From: the human T2T-CHM13v2.0 reference genome, Homo sapiens
Assembly: GCF_009914755.1 (NCBI RefSeq)
Contig: NC_060948.1
Direction: 5' to 3' (one strand)
Length of the DNA stretch: 64,000 nucleotides
Within the stretch, counting starts at the first letter, position 1, and every line of letters starts with the position of its first letter. Below, in pieces: positions 1 through 19,454 of the stretch. The position numbers and the translations under genes were made by a program. The notes beneath the pieces are model-generated. The model was not told the DNA's origin, did no database searches, and was given only the letters and a program-made list of their open reading frames with translations.

Positions 1-108
1 TTAGTAGTGACAGCGTTTCACTGTATTGGCCAGGATGGTCTTGATCTCTTCACCTTGTGATCCCCTTGCCTTGGCCTCCAAATTTGCTGGGATTACAGGC
101 CTGAGCCA
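1..108 (-). mobile_element. Alu fragment of DYZ2 (partial, left arm only in window)
   Basis: ttagtagtgacag...gctgggattacaggcctgagcca is the reverse complement of the Alu left monomer. Confidence 0.92.
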
Positions 109-690
109 AGATCCATATTTTTTAAATGAAAAAAAATTTCAAAGGTACTCTGCTTGGTACAATAATCAAATGTATAAACTGAGGAATAAAACATAACCAT
201 GAAACCTACTTATAACTGCATATGGAAAATACAGAGGATAATTTTTTAAATAACATATTTTGAAAGCCTTAACTAGTAATTTGAAGAGTTGGCATTTGAA
301 AGGCCAGTATGAATATACCTTCAAAGCAGCAACACAGGTTCCCCGTGAGAAAAAGCAAACTCAGGGAAAATAAAAACACAAAGGTTCAATCTCTTCTGAC
401 CTTTGAAAGACACAGCACAGACAGTGGTCCTTAGGACGAAGAGCAGGAGACCCCTAATTCCGTCACCATGGCGATAGGGCATAAACATTGCTGGGTGAGG
501 GCACAATCCACATTGTGAGGTCCAACTGCTGCCAGGAAGACAGGAGTGCTTTTACATAGACCGAAAGGTCATTGAAGGCTCAGAGTTTTGTTTCAGGAAC
601 TGAATCCCAAGCCCACACGTTATTAGGCTGCGCTTCTTAAAACAAGTTATGAGATGGGAAAAAGGGCACCCACAAACATACGTATACATT
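109..690. repeat. HSATI block of DYZ2 (representative copy; 21 copies, one directly after each Alu, last at ~49907-50480)
   Basis: Moderate-complexity ~580-bp segment between the Alu end (tgagcca) and the AT-rich block. The name comes from known DYZ2 composition; the right boundary is approximate. Confidence 0.8.
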
Positions 691-2527
<1,837 letters not shown>

Positions 2528-4631
2528 AGATCCATATTTTTTAAATGAAAAAAAATTTCAAAGGTACTCTGCTTGGTACAATAATCAAATGTATAAACTG
2601 AGGAATAAAACATAACCATGAAACCTACTTATAACTGCATATGGAAAATACAGAGGATAATTTTTTAAATAACATATTTTGAAAGCCTTAACTAGTAATT
2701 TGAAGAGTTGGCATTTGAAAGGCCAGTATGAATATACCTTCAAAGCAGCAACACAGGTTCCCCGTGAGAAAAAGCAAACTCAGGGAAAATAAAAACACAA
2801 AGGTTCAATCTCTTCTGACCTTTGAAAGACACAGCACAGACAGTGGTCCTTAGGACGAAGAGCAGGAGACCCCTAATTCCGTCACCATGGCGATAGGGCA
2901 TAAACATTGCTGGGTGAGGGCACAATCCACATTGTGAGGTCCAACTGCTGCCAGGAAGACAGGAGTGCTTTTACATAGACCGAAAGGTCATTGAAGGCTC
3001 AGAGTTTTGTTTCAGGAACTGAATCCCAAGCCCACACGTTATTAGGCTGCGCTTCTTAAAACAAGTTATGAGATGGGAAAAAGGGCACCCACAAACATAC
3101 GTATACATTATGTATATAATAATATACAGTATCATATATATAATATATATAACCTATGTATAATATTGTTTTACATCCTGCATCTTATGTTATATATATT
3201 GTATAAAGTATAATAATTGATAATATATAATTTTATAATTATACAATATGACATATAGTATATATTATAATTTATGACATATATAATATATGTTATATGT
3301 CATATATAGAATATATTATACGGTTAATATACGTATTAAATATAAATTATACATTATATATATTATATATAATATATCTGTTATATATAATACCCATTAT
3401 GCATAATATATATATTATGTCTATGTTATATATAGTATAAAACAACATATAATAATATATAATTGTATATATAAAATGCGACATATAATATATATTATAT
3501 TTTATAACATATGTAATATATATTATATATTATATATAATACGTTGTATGTATAATACCTATATTAAATATATATTATATGACTATGTTATTAATTACAT
3601 GTCACATGTGTTATATATTATATATTTTACATAGAATACACCGGTTACATACAATATATACTATGTTACCTATAATGTATAATTTATTACATGTAAAATA
3701 AAGAATGGAATATATTATGTATAATTTATAATATACCATATGTGGAATGTGATATATATAACATATAATATATGATATATGATATACAGTATATGATATA
3801 TAACATACAATATATGATTCCTAATATATATGGTATACAATATATATTTTATGATATGTATTCTATATGTTTTATATTCTGTTATATATAACTATTTGAA
3901 ATTATATATAACTGTATAATATTTTATGTAAATATGTAATATAATATATATAACTATATAATATATTATAGATAACTATATATTATGTTATATATACTTT
4001 TATAACATAATTTACATAAAATATCATAATATAATATATACTATATTATTTCATATTACATAATATATATTACATATCACCCAATATAACTAACATACAT
4101 AATATTATAATATAGATTATATTGTGTTATATTAAATATCATATATATCATGTATCATATATTCTATAATATATATTACACATTATATAATATGTATGTT
4201 GTCTATTATGTGATATATATAACTATATATATAATTATATTTTTATACATATAACTAGATAAACATGTAATTCTACATATTTTCATTTATAATATGTAGA
4301 ATTATATAATCATATATAATTATTTATATTCTATAAAAAATTTTATCATTCTATAAATTATAATATATAAAAATTATAATATGTACTACAAATATATATA
4401 TTATATATCATATATGATATAGTACCTTTGTTATATATCATAATACATATAAATGTGTATTATGTTATCTATAATTATATAATTTCATATATAAGATGTA
4501 TAATATGTATCATATATTGTATATGTTATGTAATATATATAGTATATATAAGATGACACAGGATAAATATTATATACTATGACATATAAAATATATGAGG
4601 TTATATGTTACATATAAGGCATAGCACATAA

Positions 4632-4946
<315 letters not shown>

Positions 4947-7044
4947 AGATCCATATTTTTTAAATGAAAAAAAATTTCAAAGGTACTCTGCTTGGTACAA
5001 TAATCAAATGTATAAACTGAGGAATAAAACATAACCATGAAACCTACTTATAACTGCATATGGAAAATACAGAGGATAATTTTTTAAATAACATATTTTG
5101 AAAGCCTTAACTAGTAATTTGAAGAGTTGGCATTTGAAAGGCCAGTATGAATATACCTTCAAAGCAGCAACACAGGTTCCCCTTCAGAAACAGCAAACTC
5201 AGGGAAAATAAAACCACAAAGGTTCAATCTCTTCTGACCTTTGAAAGACACAGCACAGACAGTGGTCCTTAGGACGAAGAGCAGGAGACCCCTAATTCCG
5301 TCACCATGGCGATAGGGCATAAACATTGCTGGGTGAGGGCACAATCCACATTGTGAGGTCCAACTGCTGCCAGGAAGACAGGAGTGCTTTTACATAGACC
5401 GAAAGGTCATTGAAGGCTCAGAGTTTTGTTTCAAGAACTGAATCCCAAGCCCACACGTTATTAGGCTGCGCTTCTTAAAACAAGTTATGAGATGGGAAAA
5501 AGGGCACCCACAAACATACGTATACATTATGTATATAATAATATACAGTATCATATATAAAATATGTATAACCAATGTATAATATTGTTTTACATCCTGC
5601 ATCTTATATTATATATATTGTATAAAATATAATAATTGATAATATATAAGTTTTATATTTATACAATATGACATATAGTACATATTATACTTTATGACAT
5701 ATATAATATATGTTATATATCATATATAGAATATATTATACGGTTAATATACGTATTAAATATAAATTATACATTATATATATTATATAAAATATATCTG
5801 TTATATATAATACCCATTATGCATAATATATATATTATGTCTATGTTATATATAGTATAAAACAACATATAATAATATATAATTGTATATATAAAATGCG
5901 ACATATAATATATATTATATTTTATGACATATGTAATATGTATTATATATTATATATAATACGTTGTATGTATAATACCTATATTAAATATATATTATAT
6001 GACTATGTTATTAATTACATGTCACATATATTATATATTATATATTTTACATAGAATATACCGGTTACATGCAATATATACTATGTTACCTATAATGTAT
6101 AATTGATTACATGTAAAATAAAGAATGCAATATATTATGTATAATTTATAATATACAATATGTGGAATGTGATATATATAACATATAATATATGATATAT
6201 GATATACAGTATATGATATATAACATACAATATATGATTCCTAATATATATGGTATACAATATATATTTTATGATATGTATTCTATATGTTTTATATTCT
6301 GTTATATATAACTATTTGAAATTATATATAACTGTACAATATTTTATGCAAATATGTAATATAATATATATAACTATATAATATATTATATGTAACAATA
6401 TATTATGTTATATATACTTTTATAACATAATTTACATTAAATATCATAATATAATATATATTATATTATTTCACATTACATAATATATATTACATATCAC
6501 CCAATATAAGTAACATAGATAATATTATAATATAGATTATATTATGTTATATTAAATATCATATATATCATGTATCTTATATTCTATAATATATATTACA
6601 CATTATATAATATGTATGTTGTCTATTATGTGATATATATAACTATATATATAATTATATTATTATACATATAACTAGATAAACATGTAATTCTACATAT
6701 TTTCATTTATAATATATAGAATTATATAATCATATATAATTATTTATATTCTATAAAAAATTATATCATTATATAAATTATAATATAAAAAAATTATAAT
6801 ATGTACTACAAATATATATATTATATATCATATATGATATAGTACCTTTGTTATATATCATAATACATATAAATGTGTATTATGTTATCTATAATTATAT
6901 AATTTCATATATAAGATATATAATATGTATTATATATTGTATATGTTATGTAATATATATAGTATATATAAGCTGACACAGGATAAATATTATATACTAT
7001 GACATATAAAATATATGAGGTTATATGTTACATATAAGGCATAG

Positions 7045-7365
<321 letters not shown>

Positions 7366-9477
7366 AGATCCATATTTTTTAAATGAAAAAAAATTTCAAA
7401 GGTACTCTGCTTGGTACAATAATCAAATGTATAAACTGAGGAATAAAACATAACCATGAAACCTACTTATAACTGCAGATGGAAAATACAGAGGATAATT
7501 TTTTAAATAACATATTTTGAAAGCCTTAACTAGTAATTTGAAGAGTTGGCATTTGTAAGGCCAGTATGAATATACCTTCAAAGAAGCAACACAGGTTCCC
7601 CATGAGAAAAAGCAAACTCAGGGAAAATAAAACCACAAAGGTTCAATCTCTTCTGACCTTTGAAAGACACAGCACAGACAGTGGTCCTTAGGACGAAGAG
7701 CAGGAGACCCCTAATTCCGTCACCATGGCGATAGGGCATAAACATTGCTGGGTGAGGGCACAATCCACATTGTGAGGTCCAACTGCTGCCAGGAAGACAG
7801 GAGTGCTTTTACATAGACCGAAAGGTCATTGAAGGCTCAGAGTTTTGTTTCAAGAACTGAATCCCAAGCCCACACGTTATTAGGCTGCGCTTCTTAAAAC
7901 AAGTTATGAGATGGGAAAAAGGGCACCCACAAACATACGTATACATTATGTATATAATAATATACAGTATCATATATAAAATATGTATAACCAATATATA
8001 ATATTGTTTTACATCCTGCATCTTATATTATATATATTGTATAAAATATAATAATTGATAATATATAAGTTTTATATTTATACAATATGACATATAGTAT
8101 ATATTATACTTTATGACATATATAATATATGTTATATATCATATATAGAATATATTATACGGTTAATATACGTATTAAATATAAATTATACATTATATAT
8201 ATTATATAAAATATATCTGTTATATATAATACCCATTATGCATAATATATATATTATGTCTATGTTATATATAGTATAAAACAACATATAATAATATATA
8301 ATTGTATATATAAAATGCGACATATAATATATATTATATTTTATGACATATGTAATATGTATTATATATTATATATAATACGTTGTATGTATAATACCTA
8401 TATTAAATATATATTATATGACTATGTTATTAATTACATGTCACATATGTTATATATTATATATTTTACATAGAATATACCGGTTACATGCAATATATAC
8501 TATGTTACCTATAATGTATAATTGATTACATGTAAAATAAAGAATGCAATATATTATGTATAATTTATAATATACAATATGTGGAATGTGATATATATAA
8601 CATATAATATATGATATATGATATACAGTATATGATATATAACATACAATATATGATTCCTAATATATATGGTATACAATATATATTTTATGATATGTAT
8701 TCTATATGTTTTATATTCTGTTATATATAACTATTTGAAATTATATATAACTGTATAATATTTTATGCAAATATGTAATATAATATATATAACTATATAA
8801 TATATTATATGTAACAATATATTATGTTATATATACTTTTATAACATAATTTACATTAAATATCATAATATAATATATATTATATTATTTCACATTACAT
8901 AATATATATTACATATCACCCAATATAAGTAACATAGATAATATTATAATATAGATTATATTATGTTATATTAAATATCATATATATCATGTATCTTATA
9001 TTCTATAATATATATTACACATTATATAATATGTATGTTGTCTATTATGTGATATATATAACTATATATATAATTATATTATTATACATATAACTAGATA
9101 AACATGTAATTCTACATATTTTCATTTATAATATATAGAATTATATAATCATATATAATTATTTATATTCTATAAAAAATTATATCATTATATAAATTAT
9201 AATATGAAAAAATTATAATATGTACTACAAATATATATATTATATATCATATATGATATAGTACCTTTGTTATATATCATAATACATATAAATGTGTATT
9301 ATGTTATCTATAATTATATAATTTCATATATAAGATATATAATATGTATTATATATTGTATATGTTATGTGATATATATAGTATATATAAGCTGACACAG
9401 GATAAATATTATATACTATGACATATAAAATATATGAGGTTATATGTTACATATAAGGCATAGCACATAACATGTAA

Positions 9478-9784
<307 letters not shown>

Positions 9785-11912
9785 AGATCCATATTTTTTA
9801 AATGAAAAAAAATTTCAAAGGTACTCTGCTTGGTACAATAATCAAATGTATAAACTGAGGAATAAAACATAACCATGAAACCTACTTATAACTGCATATG
9901 GAAAATACAGAGGATAATTTTTTAAATAACATATTTTGAAAGCCTTAACTAGTAATTTGAAGAGTTGGCATTTGTAAGGCCAGTATGAATATACCTTCAA
10001 AGCAGCAACACAGGTTCCCCATGAGAAAAAGCAAACTCAGGGGAAATAAAACCACAAAGGTTCAATCTCTTCTGACCTTTGAAAGACACAGCACAGACAG
10101 TGGTCCTTAGGACGAAGAGCAGGAGACCCCTAATTCCGTCACCATGGCGATAGGGCATAAACATTGCTGGGTGAGGGCACAATCCACATTGTGAGGTCCA
10201 ACTGCTGCCAGGAAGACAGGAGTGCTTTTACATAGACCGAAAGGTCATTGAAGGCTCAGAGTTTTGTTTCAAGAACTGAATCCCAAGCCCACACGTTATT
10301 AGGCTGCGCTTCTTAAAACAAGTTATGAGATGGGAAAAAGGGCACCCACAAACATACGTATACATTATGTATATAATAATATACAGTATCATATATAAAA
10401 TATGTATAACCAATGTATAATATTGTTTTACATCCTGCATCTTATATTATATATATTGTATAAAATATAATAATTGATAATATATAAGTTTTATATTTAT
10501 ACAATATGACATATAGTATATATTATACTTTATGACATATATAATATATGTTATATATCATATATAGAATATATTATACGGTTAATATACGTATTAAATA
10601 TAAATTATACATTATATATATTATATAAAATATATCTGTTATATATAATACCCATTATGCATAATATATATATTATGTCTATGTTATATATAGTATAAAA
10701 CAACATATAATAATATATAATTGTATATATAAAATGCGACATATAATATATATTATATTTTATGACATATGTAATATATATTATATATTATATATAATAC
10801 GTTGTATGTATAATACCTATATTAAATATATATTATATGACTATGTTATTAATTACATGTCACATATGTTATATATTATATATTTTACATAGAATATACC
10901 GGTTAAATACAATATATACTATGTTACCTATAATGTATAATTGATTACATGTAAAATAAAGAATGCAATATATTATGTATAATTTATAATATACAATATG
11001 TGGAATGTGATATATATAACATATAATATATGATATATGATATACAGTATATGATATATAACATACAATATATGATACCTAATATATATGGTATACAATA
11101 TATATTTTAAGATATGCATTCTATATGTTTTATATTCTGTTATATATAACTATTTGAAATTATATATAACTGTATAATATTTTATGTAAATATGTAATAT
11201 AATATATATAACTATATAATATATTATATATAACTATATATTATGTTATATATACTTTTATAACATAATTTACATAAAATGTCATAATATAATATATATT
11301 ATATTATTTCACATTACATAATATATATTACATATCACCCAATATAAGTAACATACATAATATTATAATATAGATTATATTATGTTATATTAAATATCAT
11401 ATATATCATGTATCATATATTCTATAATATATATTACACATTATATAATATGTATGTTGTCTATTTTGTGATATATAAAACTATATATATAATTATATTA
11501 TTATACATATAACTAGATAAACATGTAATTCTACATATTTTCATTTGTAATATATAGAATTATATAATCATATATAATTATTTATATTCTATAAAAAATT
11601 ATATCATTATATAAATTATAATATAAAAAAATTATAATATGTACTACAAATATACATATTATATATCATATATGATATAGTACCTTTGTTATATATCATA
11701 ATACATATAAATGTGTATTATGTTATCTATAATTATATAATTTCATATATAAGATGTATAATATGTAATATATATTGTCTATGTTATGTAATATATATAG
11801 TATATGTAAGCTGACACAGGATAAATATTATATACTATGACATATAAAATATATGAGGTTATATGTTACATATAAGGCATAGCACATAACATGTAATATA
11901 TATCATATATAA

Positions 11913-12204
<292 letters not shown>

Positions 12205-14325
12205 AGATCCATATTTTTTAAATGAAAAAAAATTTCAAAGGTACTCTGCTTGGTACAATAATCAAATGTATAAACTGAGGAATAAAACATAACCATGAAA
12301 CCTACTTATAACTGCATATGGAAAATACAGAGGATAATTTTTTAAATAACATATTTTGAAAGCCTTAACTAGTAATTTGAAGAGTTGGCATTTGAAAGGC
12401 CAGTATGAATATACCTTCAAAGCAGCAACACAGGTTCCCCATGAGAAAAAGCAAACTCAGGGAAAATAAAACCACAAAGGTTCAATCTCTTCTGACCTTT
12501 GAAAGACACAGCACAGACAGTGGTCCTTAGGACGAAGAGCAGGAGACCCCTAATTCCGTCACCATGGCGATAGGGCATAAACATTGCTGGGTGAGGGCAC
12601 AATCCACATTGAGAGGTCCAACTGCTGCCAGGAAGACAGGAGTGCTTTTACATAGACCGAAAGGTCATTGAAGGCTCAGAGTTTTGTTTCAAGAACTGAA
12701 TCCCAAGCCCACACGTTATTAGGCTGCGCTTCTTAAAACAAGTTATGAGATGGGAAAAAGGGCACCCACAAACATACGTATACATTATGTATATAATAAT
12801 ATACAGTATCATATATATAATATATATAACCTATGCATAATATTGTTTTACATCATGCATCTTATATTATATATATTGTATAAAATATAATAATTCATAA
12901 TATATAACGTTTATATTTATACAATATGACATATAGTATATATTATAATTTATGACCTATATAATATATGTTATATATCATATATAGAATATATTATACG
13001 GTTAATATACGTATTAAATATAAATTATACATTATATATATTATATAAAATATATCTGTTATATATAATACCCTTTATGCATAATATATATATTATGTCT
13101 ATGTTATATATAGTATAAAACAACATATAATAATATATAATTGTATATATAAAATGCGACATATAATATATATTATATTTTATAACATATGTAATATATA
13201 TTATATATAATACGTTGTATGTATAATACCTATATTAAATATATATTATATGACTATGTTATTAACTACATGTCACATGTGTTATATATTATATATTTTA
13301 CATAGAATATACCGGTTACATACAATATATACTATGTTACCTATAATGTATAATTTATTACATGTAAAATAAAGAATGCAATATATTATGTAAAATTTAT
13401 AATATACAATATGTGGAATGTGATATATATAACATATAATATATGATATATGATATACAGTATATGATATATAACATACAATATATGATTCCTAATATAT
13501 ATGGTATACAATATATATTTTATGATATGTATTCTATATGTTTTATATTCTGTTATATATAACTATTTGAAATTATATATAACTGTATAATATTTTATGT
13601 AAATATGTAATATAATATATATAACTATATAATATATTATATATAACTATATATTATGTTATATATACTTTTATAACATAATTTACATAAAATATCATAA
13701 TATAATATATATTATATTATTTCATATTACATAATATATATTACATATCACCCAATATAACTAACATACATAATATTATAATATAGATTATATTATGTTA
13801 TATTAAATATCATATATATCATGTATCATATATTCTATAATATATATTACACATTATATAATATGTATGTTGTCTATTATGTGATATATATAACTATATA
13901 TATAATTATATTTTTATACATATAACTAGATAAACATGTAATTCTACATATTTTCATTTATAATATGTAGAATTATATAATCATATATAATTATTTATAT
14001 TCTATAAAAAATTTTATCATTATATAAATTATAATATATAAAAATTATAATATGTACTACAAATATATATATTATATATCATATATGATATAGTACCTTT
14101 GTTATATATCATAATACATATAAATGTGTATTATGTTATCTATAATTATATAATTTCATATATAAGATGTATAATATGTATCATATATTATATATGTTAT
14201 GTAATATATATAGTATATATAAGATGACACAGGATAAATATTATATACTATGACATATAAAATATATGAGGTTATATGTTACATATAAGGCATAGCACAT
14301 AACATGTAATATATATCATATATAA

Positions 14326-14617
14326 TTTTTTTTTAGACAGAATCTTGTCCTGTTGCACAGGGTGGGGTACAATGGCGCCATCTTTGCTCACTGCAACTTC
14401 TGCCTCATGGGTCCAAGCGATTGTCCTCCCTCAGCCTCCCAGGTAGCTGGGACTACGCCACACTGGGACTACACCAGCTGCCACCATGCCTAGCTAATTT
14501 TTTGGATTTTTAGTAGTGACAGCGTTTCACTGTATTGGCCAGGATGGTCTTGATCTCTTCACCTTGTGATCCCCTTGCCTTGGCCTCCAAATTTGCTGGG
14601 ATTACAGGCCTGAGCCA
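14326..14617 (-). mobile_element. Alu fragment of DYZ2 (class A)
   Basis: Copy with gaatcttg / ggggtac / caacttct. Confidence 0.94.
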
Positions 14618-16745
14618 AGATCCATATTTTTTAAATGAAAAAAAATTTCAAAGGTACTCTGCTTGGTACAATAATCAAATGTATAAACTGAGGAATAAAA
14701 CATAACCATGAAACCTACTTATAACTGCATATGGAAAATACAGAGGATAATTTTTTAAATAACATATTTTGAAAGCCTTAACTAGTAATTTGAAGAGTTG
14801 GCATTTGAAAGGCCAGTATGAATATACCTTCAAAGCAGCAACACAGGTTCCCCATGAGAAAAAGCAAACACAGGGAAAATAAAAACACAAAGGTTCAATC
14901 TCTTCTGACCTTTGAAAGAGACAGCACAGACAGTGGTCCTTAGGACGAAGAGCAGGAGACCCCTAATTCCGTCACCATGGCGATAGGGCATAAATATTGC
15001 TGGGTGAGGGCACAATCCACATTGTGAGGTCCAACTGCTGCCAGGAAGACAGGAGTGCTTTTACATAGACCGAAAGGTCATTGAAGGCTCAGAGTTTTGT
15101 TTCAAGAACTGAATCCCAAGCCCACACGTTATTAGGCTGCGCTTCTTAAAACAAGTTATGAGATGGGAAAAAGGGCACCCACAAACATACGTATACATTA
15201 TGTATATAATAATATACAGTGTCATATATATAATATATATAACCTATGTATAATATTGTTTTACATCCTGCATCTTATGTTATTTATATTGTATAAAATA
15301 TAATAATTGATAATATATAAGTTTTATAATTATACAATATGACATATAGTATATATTATAATTTATGACATATATAATATATGTTATATATCATATATAG
15401 AATATATTATACGGTTAATATACGTATTAAATATAAATTATACATTATATATATTATATATAATATATCTGTTATATATAATACACATTATGCATAATAT
15501 ATATATTATGTCTATGTTATATATAGTATAAAACAACATATAATAATATATAATTGTATATATAAAATGCGACATATAATATATATTATATTTTATAACA
15601 TATGTAATATATATTATATATTATATATAATACGTTGTATGTATAATACCTATATTAAATATATATTATATGACTATGTTATTAATTACATGTCACATGT
15701 GTTATATATTATATATTTTACATAGAATATACCGGTTACATACAATATATACTATGTTACCTATAATGTATAATTGATTACATGTAAAATAAAGAATGCA
15801 ATATATTATGTATAATTTATAATATACAATATGTGGAATGTGATATATATAACATATAAAATATGATATATGATATACAGTATATGATATATAACATACA
15901 ATATATGATTCCTAATATATATGGTATACAATATATATTTTATGATATGTATTCTATATGTTTTATATTCTGGTATATATAACTATTTGAAATTATATAT
16001 AACTGTATAATATTTTATGTAAATATGTAATATAATATATATAACTATATAATATATTATATATAACTATATATTATGTTATATATACTTTTATAACATA
16101 ATTTACATAAAATATCATAATATAATATATATTATATTATTTCATATTACATAGTATATATTACATATCACCCAATATATCTAACATACATAATATTATA
16201 ATATAGATTATATTGTGTTATATTAAATATCATATATATCATGTATCATATATTCTATAATATATATTACACATTATATAATATGTATGTTGTCTATTAT
16301 GTGATATATATAACTATATATATAATTATATTTTTATACATATAACTAGATAAACATGTAATTCTACATATTTTCATTTATAATATGTAGAATTATATAA
16401 TCATATATAATTATTTATATTCTATAAAAAATTTTATCATTATATAAATTATAATATATAAAAATTATAATATGTACTACAAATATATATATTATATATC
16501 ATATATGATATAGTACCTTTGTTATATATCATAATACATATAAATGTGTATTATGTTATCTATAATTATATAATTTCATATATAAGATGTATAATATGTA
16601 TCATATATTATATATGTTATGTAATATATATAGTATATATAAGATGACACAGGATAAATATTATATACTATGACATATAAAATATATGAGGTTATATGTT
16701 ACATATAAGGCATAGCACATAACATTTAATATATATCATATATAA

Positions 16746-17037
16746 TTTTTTTTTAGACAGAATCTTTTCCTGTTGCACAGGGTGGGGTATAATGGCGCCA
16801 TCTTTGCTCACTGCAACTTCTGCCTCACGGGTCCAAGCGATTGTCCTCCCTGAGCCTCCCAGGTAGCTGGGACTACACCACACTGGGACTACACCAGCTG
16901 CCACCATGCCTAGCTAATTTTTTGGATTTTTAGTAGTGACAGCGTTTCACTGTATTGGCCAGGATGGTCTTGATCTCTTCACCTTGTGATCCCCTTGCCT
17001 TGGCCTGCAAAGTTGCTGGGATTACAGGCCTGAGCCA
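16746..17037 (-). mobile_element. Alu fragment of DYZ2 (class A)
   Basis: Copy; private variants shared with the 19163 copy. Confidence 0.94.
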
Positions 17038-19162
17038 AGATCCATATTTTTTAAATGAAAAAAAATTTCAAAGGTACTCTGCTTGGTACAATAATCAAAT
17101 GTATAAACTGAGGAATAAAACATAACCATGAAACCTACTTATAACTGCATATGGAAAATACAGAGGATAATTTTTTAAATAACATATTTTGAAAGCCTTA
17201 ACTAGTAATTTGAAGAGTTGGCATTTGAAAGGCCAGTATGAATATACCTTCAAAGCAGCAACACAGGTTCCCCATGAGAAAAAGCAAACACAGAGAAAAT
17301 AAAAACACAAAGGTTCAATCTCTTCTGACCTTTGAAAGACACAGCACAGACAGTGGTCCTTAGGACGAAGAGCAGGAGACCCCTAATTCCGTCACCATGG
17401 CGATAGGGCATAAACATTGCTGGGTGAGGGCACAATCCACATTGTGAGGTCCAACTGCTGCCAGGAAGACAGGAGTGCTTTTACATAGACCGAAAGGTCA
17501 TTGAAGGCTCAGAGTTTTGTTTCAAGAACTGAATCCCAAGCCCACACGTTATTAGGCTGCGCTTCTTAAAACAAGTTATGAGATGGGAAAAAGGGCACCC
17601 ACAAACATACGTATACATTATGTATATAATAATATACAGTATCATATATATAATATATATAACCTATGTATAATATTGTTTTACATCCTGCATCTTATGT
17701 TATATATATTGTATAAAATATAATAATTGATAATATATAGGTTTTATAATTATACAATATGAAATATAGTATATATTATAATTTATGACATATATAATAT
17801 ATGTTATATATCATATATAGAATATATTATACGGTTAATATACGTATTAAATATAAATTATACATTATATATATTATATATAATATATCTGTTATATATA
17901 ATACCCATTATGCATAATATATATATTATGTCTATGTTATATATAGTATAAAACAACATATAATAATATATAATTGTATATATAAAATGCGACATATAAT
18001 ATATATTATATTTTATAACATATGTAATATATATTATATTATATATAATACGTTGTATGTATAATACCTATATTAAATATATATTATATGACTATGTTAT
18101 TAATTACATGTCACATGTGTTATATATTATATATTTTACGTAGAATATACCGGTTACATACAATATATACTATGTTACCTATAATGTATAATTTATTACA
18201 TGTAAAATAAAGAATGCAATATATTATGTAAAATTTATAACATACAATATGTGGAATGTGATATATATAACATATAATATATGATATATGATATACAGTA
18301 TATGATATATAACATACAATATATGATTCCTAATATATATGGTATACAATATATATTTTATGATATGTATTCTATATGTTTTATATTCTGTTATATATAA
18401 CTATTTGAAATTATATATAACTGTATAATATTTTATGTAAATATGTAATATAATATATATAACTATATAATATATTATAGATAACTATATATTATGTTAT
18501 ATATACTTTTATAACATAATTTACATAAAATATCATAATATAATATATATTATATTATTTCATATTACATAATATATATTACATATCACCCAATATAACT
18601 AACATACATAATATTATAATATAGATTATATTGTGTAATATTAAATATCATATATATCATGTATCATATATTCTATAATATATATTACACATTATATAAT
18701 ATGTATGTTGTCTATTATGTGATATATATAACTATATATATAATTATATTTTTTACATATAACTAGATAAACATGTAATTCTACATATTTTCATTTATAA
18801 TATGTAGAATTATATAATCATATATAATTATTTATATTGTATAAAAAATTTTATCATTCTATAAATTATAATATATAAAAATTATAATATGTACTACAAA
18901 TATATATATTATATATCATATATGATATAGTACCTTTGTTATATATCATAATACATATAAATGAGTATTATGTTATCTATAATTATATAATTTCATATAT
19001 AAGATGTATAATATGTATCATATATTATATATGTTATGTACAATATATAGTATATATAAGATGACACAGGATAAATATTATATACTATGACATATAAAAT
19101 ATATGAGGTTATATGTTACATATAAGGCATAGCACATAACATTTAATATATATCATATATAA

Positions 19163-19454
19163 TTTTTTTTTAGACAGAATCTTTTCCTGTTGCACAGGGT
19201 GGGGTATAATGGCGCCATCTTTGCTCACTGCAACTTCTGCCTCACGGGTCCAAGCGATTGTCCTCCCTGAGCCTCCCAGGTAGCTGGGACTACACCACAC
19301 TGGGACTACACCAGCTGCCACCATGCCTAGCTAATTTTTTGGATTTTTAGTAGTGACAGCGTTTCACTGTATTGGCCAGGATGGTCTTGATCTCTTCACC
19401 TTGTGATCCCCTTGCCTTGGCCTGCAAATTTGCTGGGATTACAGGCCTGAGCCA
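19163..19454 (-). mobile_element. Alu fragment of DYZ2 (class A)
   Basis: Copy; private variants shared with the 16746 copy. Confidence 0.94.
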
